A DNA stretch of 64,000 nucleotides from Chrysomallon squamiferum (GCA_012295275.1 CM022666.1:10168001-10232000); one strand, 5' to 3'; numbered from the stretch's first letter, positions 13,708 through 25,369 are shown. Notes: generated by a model not told the origin, from the sequence alone. A program made the numbers and translations.

Positions 13708-13725
13708 TGGCGACGAGGATGGGAT
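13708..13725 (+). other. Primer-binding site complementary to tRNA-Ser(GCU) 3' end
   Basis: TGGCGACGAGGATGGGAT, 2 nt after the 5' LTR, is the reverse complement of ATCCCATCCTCGTCGCCA (recalled 3' end of metazoan tRNA-Ser-GCT). Confidence 0.8.
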
Positions 13726-13768
13726 AACACTTATTGAACTGTTTCCTGAAATTAACTATTTATGAAAT

Positions 13769-15284
13769 ATGGCTACCTACGGTAAAGTTGAAGAGTTTGA
13801 TCTAGAAAGTTCCGATTGGGATGAATACATCGAACGTTTGGAACAGTATCTGCTGGCGAATAATGTAGACGATGCCGAAAAGAAACGTTCCATTTTGTTG
13901 TCCGTATGTGGTGCCAAGACTTACAGGTTGATTCGAAATTTGACTTCGCCTGAGAAACCGGCAAGTAAGACTTACGAACAACTGAAAACTTTGATAGGAA
14001 ATCATCTCAAACCAAAACCTTTGGTGATTGCGGAACGGTTCAAATTCTATCAACGGAAACAAGAGCCCGGAGAGACTGTAAGTGAATTTTTGGCTGAATT
14101 AAGAAAATTGACAGAACATTGTGAATTTGGTGCATTTTTGACTGAAGCATTAAGAGACATTTTGGTCTGTGGTCTGTCTGAAAAGTCTATACAGAAAAAA
14201 CTTCTATCTGAACATGACTTATCACTGAGTAAAGCATTGCAAATAGCTGTTAGTATGGAAATGGCAGCTAGAGAAACTGACATGCTGAAAATTGGAATGA
14301 AGTCAGAAACGGAAAAGTTCCACAAAGTTTCTGTCATTGAATGCTTCCGGTGCGGTAAAACTAATCATCATCCTGATGCATGTTTTTACAAAAAGGCAAA
14401 CTGTTATACGTGTAATGAAACAGGACATTTGAGTAGAAAATGTCGAAATCAAAAGAAAAAAATTGAAAGACAGGAAAGCAAACAGCTGGAAAAAGGAAAA
14501 AAGAAATTTCCAAAGTTGAAAAAGAAAAATTCTAAACTGAATGTTGTGAATCAAGATTCTGATAGGGACCTTACGGAATCAGAAAGTGGTCCCAGTGATT
14601 CTGAAATTGAAAATGCTGAATCTGAAACAGGTTTAAAAATTCATGACGTTCAGGAAGAATCTGGAAGTAACGAAACTGAATCAGAAATTATAAAAGCTGT
14701 TCTTGAAAATAAAGAGGTTGCAATGGAAAGGAATGAAAGTGATTCTGAACCGTCAATTTTCACCGTGAAATCTACGAAAGCGAAAGAAATTCAAATTTCA
14801 TTGGAACTCAATGGTGTGCCTTTCAAAATGGAAGTAGATACAGGTGCTTCTGTATCCATAATTTCTAATAAGGTTTAATCAGGAAAAATTGAAGAAAACA
14901 GTGCCATTGAAATCAACGTCGATTGTGTTGAAAACTTATACTCATGAAGCGGTGCCAGTTCTTGGGAAAATTGAGGTGACTGTTAAATATGGAAAGCAGA
15001 AAAAACTTTTACCTTTAATTGTGGTTAAAGGAAATGGACCAACTTTGTTTGGGCGGAATTGGTTCCAAAACATTCAGTTGGACTGGAACAGTATTAAGAT
15101 TATGAAAGCCTGTGGAAACTCTGAAGATTTGTTCACTAGATACTCAGTTTTTTCAAATAAGTTGGGAACAGTAAAAGGCATAAGAGCTCATCTGAAAGTG
15201 AAAGAGGATGCTACTCCAAAGTTTTTCAAGGCTAGACCAGTACCTTATGCTTTGAAGGAAAAGATAGCTGATGAACATACTTGA
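13769..15284 (+). CDS. Retrotransposon Gag (two CCHC zinc knuckles) and aspartic protease, split by a 1-bp frameshift near 14877 and truncated before RT
   Basis: ORF 13769-14878: WDEYIERLEQY, CFRCGKTNHHPDAC, CYTCNETGHLSRKC, MEVDTGASVS. ORF 14889-15284: GPTLFGRNW, PKFFKARPVPYALKEK, then it stops. No RT, RNase H or integrase motifs. Confidence 0.85.
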
Positions 15285-16112
15285 TAAACTGTAATTGAAC
15301 TATTATGGTGTCCAATGAAAAAAAAAAAAAAAAAAAAAAGTTTATTTTTTAAGTTTAAAGTTCCATTGTTTAATTATTACTAATTAGTAAATCAAACAAA
15401 TTTATTTTAGAAATTTACATATAACATAATTTATGGGTAAATTGAAAATTTGGAGGGGAGGAAGTGTTGTATTTAAATGGTGTTATAGTTAACATTGTTA
15501 CAGTTTACGATGTTTAAGGGAACCGGAAGAAGGGACAGTATTATATATATATAAAGCCACCGGGAGCATGCGTCAGTTTTGTTTGTAGCAATTTTTGAAA
15601 CGAAATAAATTATTTGGAAATTAAATGAACTTTATGTTTTAATGTTAAAACATAACAATTATTATCATCATCATCATCATCATCGTCATCATTATTATTT
15701 ATTTATGTATGTATTTATAATCTTCATCATCATCATCATAATCATTTCTTTTAATATTCAGAACATGTTTTGTTTATTTTATAATACCTCTGAGTTTTTT
15801 GGAGGGTTTATATCAAATAAAACTGAGCCAATAGTTTGAGTGCTATGTTATACAGGATATGATGTACATTTTATGTAATATATTATATAGGATATATGTT
15901 AAATATTATATAGCATATTTGATATATCACACTTTCAGGGTGTGGCGCTAGAATGCGGTCAGTATGGTGTCACAGTGAATGCCATTTGCCCTGGGTATGT
16001 AGATGCACCCAGTAAGTATACTGTCACCAGTTACATTATAATTATCTAATCTTTGTAATCTAGTAGTCTAGTCTGATTTATTACTACTACACTGATACTT
16101 AATTGTTGTATT

Positions 16113-16265
16113 GAGATGATTACATGTTTAGTATTATAGATGATTACATATTTAATATTATAGATGATTATATATTTAGTAGTATAGATGATAACATATT
16201 TAATATTACAGATGATTACATATTTGATATTATAGATGATTACATATTTAGTGTTATAGATCATT
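16113..16265. repeat. 24-bp minisatellite, ~6 copies (intronic)
   Basis: Unit ~AGATGATTACATATTTAATATTAT. Confidence 0.85.
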
Positions 16266-16554
16266 ATAATGATGTTTTATTACAGTGGCAATAAGACAAG
16301 CAGAAGATAAAGCGAGAAGTCTGGGTATTAGTTACGAAGAGGCGATGGTAGATAAAAACAGATATCAGCAAAATATTAGTGGTTACTAATGTACATGTTA
16401 ACAGAAAAATATTTATTATTATATTTGCATCGTTTACGTTCACAGTTGTCTTTTTCTAATTGGACGTCCCATTATTTTTATATTTTTATTTGATTTTGGC
16501 ATGTTTCATGATTATGATTATGATTTTTCTTCTTCCTCTTGTTATTGTTTATTT

Positions 16555-16622
16555 TTTTATTTTATTTTATTTTATTTTTATTTTTATTTTTATTTTTATT
16601 TTTATTTTTATTTTTATTTTTA

Positions 16623-16653
<31 letters not shown>

Positions 16654-16655
16654 TA
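16555..16655. repeat. (TTTTTA)n microsatellite
   Basis: Direct observation; it is the source of the spurious FIFIFI/FYFYFY ORFs. Confidence 0.9.
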
Positions 16656-17521
16656 TTATTTGTTTATTTATCAAATTCTTTTCTTCTTTTTTTTTGTGAG
16701 AAGGTCCTTTTTAAATTCTTTTATTATATTAATACAAATAATGACAGAATGTAAAATATATTTTAATTTTGTGATTACGTAATGTTACAGTAAAATGTTT
16801 GTGTTGTAAACACATTTCTTGTAATTATTATTATTATTATTATTAATTTACAGAAACGTTTTACAGATCCTAATCCAACCAAGAAAGCCATTCAAATATC
16901 AGAGGTAAAATCTAGCTGTATGAAAATTTTAGTTACAAACAAAATAAATAAATTAATTAATTAATTAATTTAATTTAATAATAATAATAAAAAAAAATTA
17001 ATTAAAAATATAATTAAAATAAAGTTATATGTATTATTTAGAAAAATATTGCATTATAGAAAATGTTTAGAAAGCAAATAGTACTGGTCAGTTTTTATAC
17101 AGTGGATTTTGGTAATTATTTATAATTATGTTATACAGTGTTTTAAGAAAATATATGTTATGTAAATTGTGTTTAGAGAAAATATGTAGTTTTGTATAAC
17201 ACAGTTCTGATAAAAATTTGTTTTACATAGTTTTCATATAATTTGTATTACGTAGATGTTGGTTTGTTGTTTTGTGTATGTGTTGTAACTGTGGGTGCGT
17301 GTGTGTGTGTGTGTTATGCAGGTTTGAGAAATTAATTTTATATAGTGTTTTTATCAAATGTATTTATAAAATTTATTAAATTTGTGATACATGTTTGTTT
17401 GTTTGCAGATAGCCGATCTTGTTCTTTTCTTGTGTTCTCAGTCGGCGGTCAACATGACGGGATCCGCTGTCGTCATCGATGGCGGCAACACAGCACAGTA
17501 GCTGTCGTACGTTACGACGTG

Positions 17522-17755
17522 AAAATACAAAAGGATAATTCCTATGATTATTCCATTCTGTTCTGTGTATTCAGACCAAAACTGTTACAGATAAACTAAA
17601 ACAAAAATGTCAAATAACCGATGATGATGATGATGATGATGATTAAAATACAAAAAGGATAATTCCTGTGATTATTTCATTCTATTCTTTGTGTATTCAG
17701 ACCAAAACTGTTAAGATGAACTAAAACAAATTTTTCAAATAACTGCCGATGATTT
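17522..17755. repeat. ~123-bp tandem duplication in the SDR 3' flank
   Basis: AAAATACAAAAGGATAATTCCT...GTATTCAGACCAAAACTGTTA...AAATAAC occurs twice (17522, ~17646). Confidence 0.8.
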
Positions 17756-18269
17756 TTTTTTTTTTTTTTGTTCCTAATCAAAGAAAAATTCAACATTCTG
17801 ATCCAGAGTTCAGACCAGCCACAACAAGAAAGACAAATAAAAAAAGAAATAAAGAAAAAAGAAAAAGAAAAGATGTTTTGGATTCACCATTACCTGCGAT
17901 TTCCAAAGCAGTTGGGCATAGTATAAATTCATCTCATATATTCTTTAATAATAAATAAAAAAAATACAATTTTATTTTTCTATAATTAAATAGTAATATT
18001 CGAAACCACACAAAAAAAACGTAACAAATGATAATAATGTATCAGATGCTAAAAGCATATCAAATAGCAATGTATCAAACAACTACTCCACCTCTTTTTT
18101 AGCCATTCTAATCATCTAAATTTGGAACAAAACCCAACACACATTGCAACTTAACTGTCAATGAATAATCAGTTTGCAATTTATGTAATATTTTCTTACT
18201 TCACATTATTAGTAACTGCTTTATAATATATAATCTGAAATAAAATAAAAATATAAAAGTTCGATCGAC

Positions 18270-21200
18270 AATTGCAGTCGTAACACACAGCATTGACTGC
18301 GTTCTGTTCTCAAGCAGCTCTTTCAACGCTGTTAATGAATAATCTGTGGATCTGATTTAGACGATGTGGTGCGTGTGTGTGTTTATTGAGAAGAGACGAA
18401 TACCTATCGCAACCGCTCTCTGTAGGAAGCACTCAATCGTATGCAGTCGTAACAGATAGCATTGAATGCGTTCTGTTCTCAAGCAGTTCTTTCATCGCTG
18501 TTAACGGTTAATTATTAAACCTGATTTATTTGAGGTAGTGTGTGTGTGTGTTTATTGACAAGAGACGAATACCTATCGCAACCGCTCTCTGTAGGAAGCA
18601 CTCAATCGGGTGCACACATAACAGACAGCATTGAATGCGTTCTGTCCTCAAGCTGCTCTTTCAACGCTGTTAATGGATAATCATTTGATCTCATTTAAGT
18701 GATGTGGTGCGTGTGTGTGTTTATTGACAAGAGACGAATACCTCTCGCAACCGCTCGCTGTACGAAACATTCAGTCGTGTACACACATAACAGACAGCAT
18801 CGAATGCGTTCTGTCCTCAACCTGCTCTTTCAACGCTGTTAATGGATAATCATTACATCTCATTTAAGTAATGTGGTGCGTCTGTGTGTTTATTGAGAAG
18901 AGACGAATACTTGTCGAAACCGCTCGCACTACGAAACTTTCAATCGTATGCAGTCGTAACACACAGCATAGAGTGCGTTCTGTTCTCAAGCAGTTCTTTC
19001 AACGCTGTTAATCGATAATAATTAGATCTCATTTAAGTGATGTGGTGCGTGTGTGACTTTATTGACAAGAGACGAATACCTCTCGCAACCGCCCGCTGTA
19101 CGAAACACTCAATCGGGTGCACACATAACAGACAGCATTGAATGCGTTCTGTCCTCAAGCAGCTCTTTCAACGCTGTTAATGAATAATCTGTAGATCTGA
19201 TTTAGACGATGTGGTGCGTGTGTGTGTTTATTGACAAGAGACGAATACCTCTCGCAACCGCTCGCTGTACGAAACACTCAATAGTGTGCACACACAACAG
19301 ACAGCATCGAATGCGTTCTGTCCTCAAGCTGTTGTTTCAAAACTGTTAATGGATAATCACTTCATCTCATTTAAGTAATGTGGTGCGTGTGTGTGTTATT
19401 TGAGAAGAGACGGATACTTGTCGCAACCGCTCGCACTACGAATCTTTCAATCGTATGCAGTCATAAGACACAGCATTGAGTGCGTTCTCTTCTCAAGCAG
19501 CTCTTTCATCGCTGTTAATGATTAATTACTAAACCTGATTTATTTCAGGTAGTGCGTGTTTCTGTTTATTGACAAGAGACGAATAACTCTCGCAACCGCT
19601 CGCTGTACGAAACATTCAATCGTGTGCACACATAACAAACAGCATCGAATGCGTTCTGTCCTCAAGCAGCTCTTTCAACGCTGTTAATGGATAATCACTT
19701 CATCTCATTTAAGTAATGTGGTGCGTGTGTGTGTTTATTAACAAGAGATGGATACTTCTCGCAACCGCTCGCACTCCGGAACTTTCAATCGTATGCAGTC
19801 TTAAGACACAGCATTGAGTGCGTTCTGTTCTCAAGCAGCTCTTTCAACGCTGTTAATGAATAATCTGTGGATCTGATTTAGACGATGTGGTGCGTGTGTG
19901 TGTTTATTGAGAAGAGACGGATACTTGTCGCAACCGCTCGCACTACGAAACTTTCAATCGTATGCAGTCTTAAGACACAGCATTGAGTGCGTTGTGTTCT
20001 CAAGCAGCTCTTTCAACGCTGTTAATGAATAATCTGTGGATCTGATTTAGACGATGTGGTGCGTGTGTGTGTTTATTGAGAAGAGACGGATACTTGTCGC
20101 AACCGCTCGCACTACGAAACTTTCAATCGTATGCAGTCGTAACACACAGCAGTGAGTGGGATCTGTCCTCAAGCTGCTCTTTCAACGCTGTTAATGGATA
20201 ATCATTAGATCTCATTTAACTCATGTGGTGCGTGTGTGTTTTTATTGACAAGAGACGAATACCTCTCGGAACCGCTCGCTGTACGAAACACTCAATCGTG
20301 TGCACACATAACAGAGAGCATCGAATGCGTTCTGTCCTCAAGCTGCTCTTTCAACGCTGTTAATGGATAATCACTTCATCTCATTTAAGTAATGTGGTGC
20401 GTGTGTGTGTTTATTAACAAGAGATGGATACTTCTCGCAACCGCTCGCACTCCGGAACTTTCAATCGTATGCAGTCTTAAGACACAGCATTGAATGCGTT
20501 CTGTTCTCAAGCAGCTCTTTCAACGCTGTTAATGAATAATCTGTGGATCTGATTTAGACGATGTGGTGCGTGTGTGTGTTTATTGAGAAGAGACGGATAC
20601 TTGTCGCAACCGCTCGCACTACGAAACTTTCAATCGTATGCAGTCTTAAGACACAGCATTGAGTGCGTTGTGTTCTCAAGCAGCTCTTTCAACGCTGTTA
20701 ATGAATAATCTGTGGATCTGATTTAGACGATGTGGTGCGTGTGTGTGTTTATTGAGAAGAGACTCAAGCAACCGCTCTTTCAATTATGCAGTCGTTAATC
20801 TGGATAATGGATAATCATTAGATCTTATTTAAGTCATATGGTGCGTGTGTGTGTTTATTGACAAGAGACGAATACCTCTCGGAACCGCTCGCTGTACGAA
20901 ACACTCAATCGTGTGCACACATAACAGAGAGCATCGAATGCGTTCTGTCCTCAAGCTGCTCTTTCAACGCTGTTAATGGATAATCATTAGATCTCTTTTA
21001 AGTAATGTGGTGCGTGTGTGTGTTTATTAACAAGAGACGGATACTTTTCGCAACCGCTCGCATTCCGAAACTTTCAATCGTATGCAGTCGTAATAAACAG
21101 CATTGAATGCGTTCTGTTCTCAAGCAGCTCTTTCAACGCTGTTAATGAATAATCTGTAGATCTGATTTAGACGACGTGGTGCGTGTGTGTGTTTATTGAG

Positions 21201-22499
21201 AAGAGACAGATACTTGTCGCAACCGCTCGCACAACGAAACTTTCAATCGTATGCAGTCGTAACACACAGCATAGAGTACGTTCTATTCTCAAGTAGCTCT
21301 TTCATTGCTGTTAATGGATAATCATTAGATCTTATTTAAGTGATATGGTGCGTGTGTGTGTTTATTGACAAGAGACGAATACCTCTCGCAACCGCTCGCT
21401 GTACGAAACATTCAATCGTGTGCACACATAACACACAGCATCGAATGCGTTCTGTCCTCAAGCAGCTCTTTCAACGCTGTTAATGGATAATCACTTCATC
21501 TCATTTAAGTAATGTGGTGCGTGTGTGCGTTTATTAACAAGAGACGGATACTTCTCGCAACAGCTCGCTCTCCGAAACTTTCAATCGAATGCAGTCGTAA
21601 CAAACAGCATTGAATGCGTTCTGTTCTCAAGCAGCTCTTTCAACGCTGTTAATGAATAATCTGTAGATCTGATTTAGACGATGTGGTGCGAGTGTGTGTT
21701 TATTGAGAAGAGACAGATACTTGTCGCAACCGCTCGCACTACAAAACTTTCAATCGTATGCCGTCGTAACAAACAGCAATGAATGCGTTCTGTTCTCAAG
21801 CAGTTCTTTCATCGCTGTTAATGGTTAATTGTTAAACCTGATATATTTGAGGTAGTGCGTGTGTGTGTTTATTGACAAGAGACGAATACGTAAGCGCTCG
21901 CTGTACGAAACATTCAATCGTGTGCACACATAACAGACAGCATCGAATGCTTTCTATTCTCAAGCTGCTCTTTCAACGCTGTTAATGGATAATCATTACA
22001 TCTCATTTAAGTAATGTGGTGCGTGTGTGTGTTTATTGAGAAGAGACGGATACTTGTCGCAACCACTCGCACTACGAAACTTTCAATCGTATGCAGTCGT
22101 AACACACAGCATTGAGTGCGTTCTGTTCTAAAGCAGCTCTTTCATCGCTGCTAATGGATAATCATTAGATCTCATTTAAGTGATGTGGTGCGTGTGTGTT
22201 TATTGACAAGAGACGAATACCTCTCCCAACCGCGCGCTGTACGAAACATTCAATCGTGTGCACACAATACAGACAGCATCGAATGCGTTCTGTTCTCAAG
22301 CAGCTCTTTCGTCGCTGTTAATGGATAATCATTAGATCTCATTTAAGTGATGTGGTGCGTGTGTGTGTTTATTGACAAGAGACGAATACTTCTCGCAACC
22401 ACTCTCACTACGAAACATTCATTCGTGTGCACACATAACACACAGCATTGAATGTGTTCTGTTCTCAAGCTGCTCTTTCAACGCTGTTAATGGATAATC
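18270..22499. repeat. Satellite DNA, 169-bp monomer, ~25 copies
   Basis: The anchor TTTCA(A/T)CGCTGTTAA occurs at 18321,18490,18659/60,18828,18997 and onward with 169-bp spacing. One truncated monomer at ~20760-20810. Confidence 0.95.
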
Positions 22500-24667
22500 C
22501 AGTCTGATCCATAACTAACAGCAGCACAATCGTGTCTGATAACAACACCGATATCGCTGTAATTAGAATGCTTAATACCATCTAAGTCGCGTCTAACTGA
22601 TGACACAAGTGCAGATTTCGTTATCACCAGTGATTCCAGCACTATCGCGTATAAGAATACTACCCATATCGCTGGAATTGACGTCACTAAAACGAGCACA
22701 GTCGTCTCTAACAATTCCATTAGAACCGCTCTAATTACCTTCACTAACACCAGAACAGTGAAGTGTAATCGTACTATGAGTACCGCTCCAACTACCATCA
22801 CTAACAGCAGCACAATCGTGTCTAACAAGAACACCGATATCGCTGTATTTACTACGCGCAGCCTCAGCTCCGCTTAATATCAGTAATTGTTTTACTACCG
22901 TTCCAAAAAGCAGCACCATCATGCCAAATAATACCGTCAGTGCCCCCCTACTATTCCGTCCTATAGTAACAGCACAATCCAGTCTGATTGTACAATCAGT
23001 ATCGCTCCCACTACCATCACTAATGCCATGACTAAGAAGACCACTTTAATCGCTGCCATTAAATCGCTGCCATCTAATAATGATACTAGAATTGCTCTTA
23101 TTACCTTCACGAATGCCGCCACTATCGCTGTAATTACAGAGTGTAATACCAGCTCAATCTCGCCTGCTAATGTCACCAGTACCGCTGTTACTACCTTCAT
23201 TAATACCAGCTCTATCATGTCAAATAATACTATCAGTGCCACTCCTATTCCGATCTCTAATAACAGCACTTGCAAAGCAATCTTTGCTCTGTTCATATTT
23301 CGTAAAAGTGGGTCGGTATCTTTCAAGTGCGAATAGTATTGGAAGACATTTTACAGAAACGCGTAACACCGATAGAAGAGCTTCGGAAGAAAACGTATTC
23401 AAATATGTTACTTGAGTCTACTCGCACTTGAAAGATACTGACCCACTTTTACGAAATACGAATCGTGGAGTGTTTGCTCTGGAAGTCTGTAATCCTCAAG
23501 TTCCATCGTTGCATTCAGGAGATGCGTTGCTTCATTTACTATCCACGTCTTTTACGATCTATAGCTCTTGCTCTCGTAGCACTCTAATAGTGAGTGCGTA
23601 ACATGTTTGAGAGAAGTGCTCCTGAAATAAAGGCATTCAATGTTATTACTTTAGTTAATTCGCACTTGAAAGATACTGAAAATGCGTGTATTAATGATGG
23701 TAATAGCAGCGCTACTGGTGGTATTAATACACATGATAGTGCTGTTATTATGATGTTAGTAGGAGCTGTACTGTTGGCATTATTAGACACAAGTGTGTTT
23801 TGCTATTACGGAAGTTAAAGGAGCTGCACTGATGGTATGATCAGATACCATTGTGTTCATATTAAGGATGGTAATTGCAACAGTGCTGGTGGTATTATAA
23901 GTCACGATAGTGCTGGTAGTAGTGATGCCAATAGGGGTCAGGGTAGTATGATTAGACATGATGGTGCTGATATCAGTGATGGTAATAGGAACGGTACCAG
24001 TGGTATTATGAGAATTATGAGCCTCGACTGTGTTGGTATTAGGGAAGATAAGAGCATCTGTACTTTTGGCATTATTAGACTTAATAGAGCTGGTATTAAT
24101 GATACTAATACCAACACAGTCGTGTCTCATAATACCACCGGTAATGTTCCTATTATTAGACATAACAGTGATGGCGTTAGTGATGATTATAGCGATACTG
24201 GTGGAATTAATACACATGATTGTGCTGGTATTAGTGTTGGTGATAGCAGCGGTTCTTGTTAGACATGATAGCTCTGACAACAGTGATGGTAATAATACCG
24301 CTGCCGGTGAACTGGTGGTATTATTAGACACGATAGTGCTGGTATTAGCGATGGTAATAGCACCTGTTCTGGTAGTATTATTAGACAGGATATTGCTGGA
24401 ATTATTGAATGTAATACAGCGGTACTGTCGCTGTTATTAGACATCATCGTCCTGATATTAGTGATGGTAATAGCAGTGGTAGCTGTGGTATTATTAGATA
24501 AGTTAACAGTGATTAGAAATGACAACAGCTGCGGTATTCGTGGTATTATTAGACATGATAGGGCTGGTATTACTGATGGGAATAGCATAGCTAATGGTTG
24601 CGTGATTAGACATGATAGTGCTGGCATTATTGATGGTAATAGTGTAATGGTGATATTATTACACACA
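22500..24667. repeat. Degenerate 57-bp minisatellite in inverted (fold-back) arrangement around a unique spacer (block B)
   Basis: Minus orientation ~22500-23270, spacer ~23270-23688, plus ~23688-24667 with a short inverted patch ~24103-24142. Same unit as block A. Confidence 0.8.
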
Positions 24668-24724
24668 TAACAGTTGCAAAGCGGCCATTATTCTGCTAGT
24701 ATATTTTCTAATTCTTAATGTAGC

Positions 24725-24774
<50 letters not shown>

Positions 24775-25369
24775 AAAATTATTATTATTATTATTGGGGT
24801 TTTTTTCCAGTATGTCATTACATATGTTTTACAAGCATTGTTTCCCATAATTATTGTTGTTACAAATTACAAACAAAACCTTATTCATATTTTTTTCTAA
24901 AGTAAGAAATGTTTTAATTTAGTTTAGTATTGATACTGGCTGAGCATTATTTATTACTTACCTGAAATTCCAAAATCTGAAACGTTCTGATGTGCCATAA
25001 TGCTACCACAAAGTAAACTTGAATCCTATACTTATTTCACTTTTTCATATTTATTTGTTTTTGTGTTTGAAAACATTTCTGACAAGAATTAAAACACCAT
25101 TTTCCTTCATATTCTACAGCAGATTTGATCTGTTAATGTCTAAAACTGTATTTATACGTAGTGACCTCTTGGAATTTAGTTTCCATGACAGTTTTTCAAG
25201 AGATGTGACTTCTAAGTCATTTTCTGAAATTCAGAACAATCGTAACAGCTATAAAACAGTATTTATACCAGTTCTAAAATAATTCTAACCTTTATTTGCA
25301 GTTTTCAACTACCCAGTTTCTAACTTTATTCTGTTGGTTTTTTGTTTGCTTTTGTTGGGGTTTTTTCGC

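Larger units (their letters stand above)
13513..15657 (+). mobile_element. Ty3/Gypsy (Mag/K02A2.6-like) LTR retrotransposon, internally deleted, gag plus protease only
   Basis: Two 193-bp TG..CA LTRs (13513-13705, 15465-15657; 3 mismatches), ATTAT flanking duplication, PBS at 13708-13725, polypurine tract GGAGGGGAGGAAG at 15452-15464. Lies inside an intron of the SDR gene. Confidence 0.93.
12341..17501 (+). pseudogene. Short-chain dehydrogenase, D-beta-hydroxybutyrate dehydrogenase-like (bacterial BdhA/HBDH type), probably pseudogenised
   Basis: Exons 12341-12484, 12786-12910, 13372-13475, 15939-16011, 16286-16347, 16854-16904, 17409-17501, all GT-AG. They give MEGKTAIVTGSTSGIGLGVA (TGxxxGxG), DILVNNAG, GWGRIVNMSS, PYSAAK (YxxxK), VTVNAICPGYVDAP and MTGSAVVIDGGNTAQ*. 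Lesions: TAA at 12473-12475 with a frame offset to exon 2, and no exon for the ~40 aa normally between NNAG and GWGRIVN. Confidence 0.82.

Noticed and set aside
13708-13725. tRNA gene
   Set aside because: Only 18 nt complementary to a tRNA 3' end including CCA, right after an LTR; this is a primer-binding site.
12341-17501. Bacterial contamination or recent horizontal transfer of bdhA
   Set aside because: The gene has six spliceosomal introns, host-like AT-rich context and an animal LTR insertion; any transfer would be ancient and cannot be shown from this window.
18270-22499. CRISPR-like or guide-RNA array (conserved blocks alternating with variable blocks)
   Set aside because: The variable segments are a few recurring homologous variants, not unique spacers. 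The period is 169 bp, the context is eukaryotic, and no cas-like ORF is nearby.
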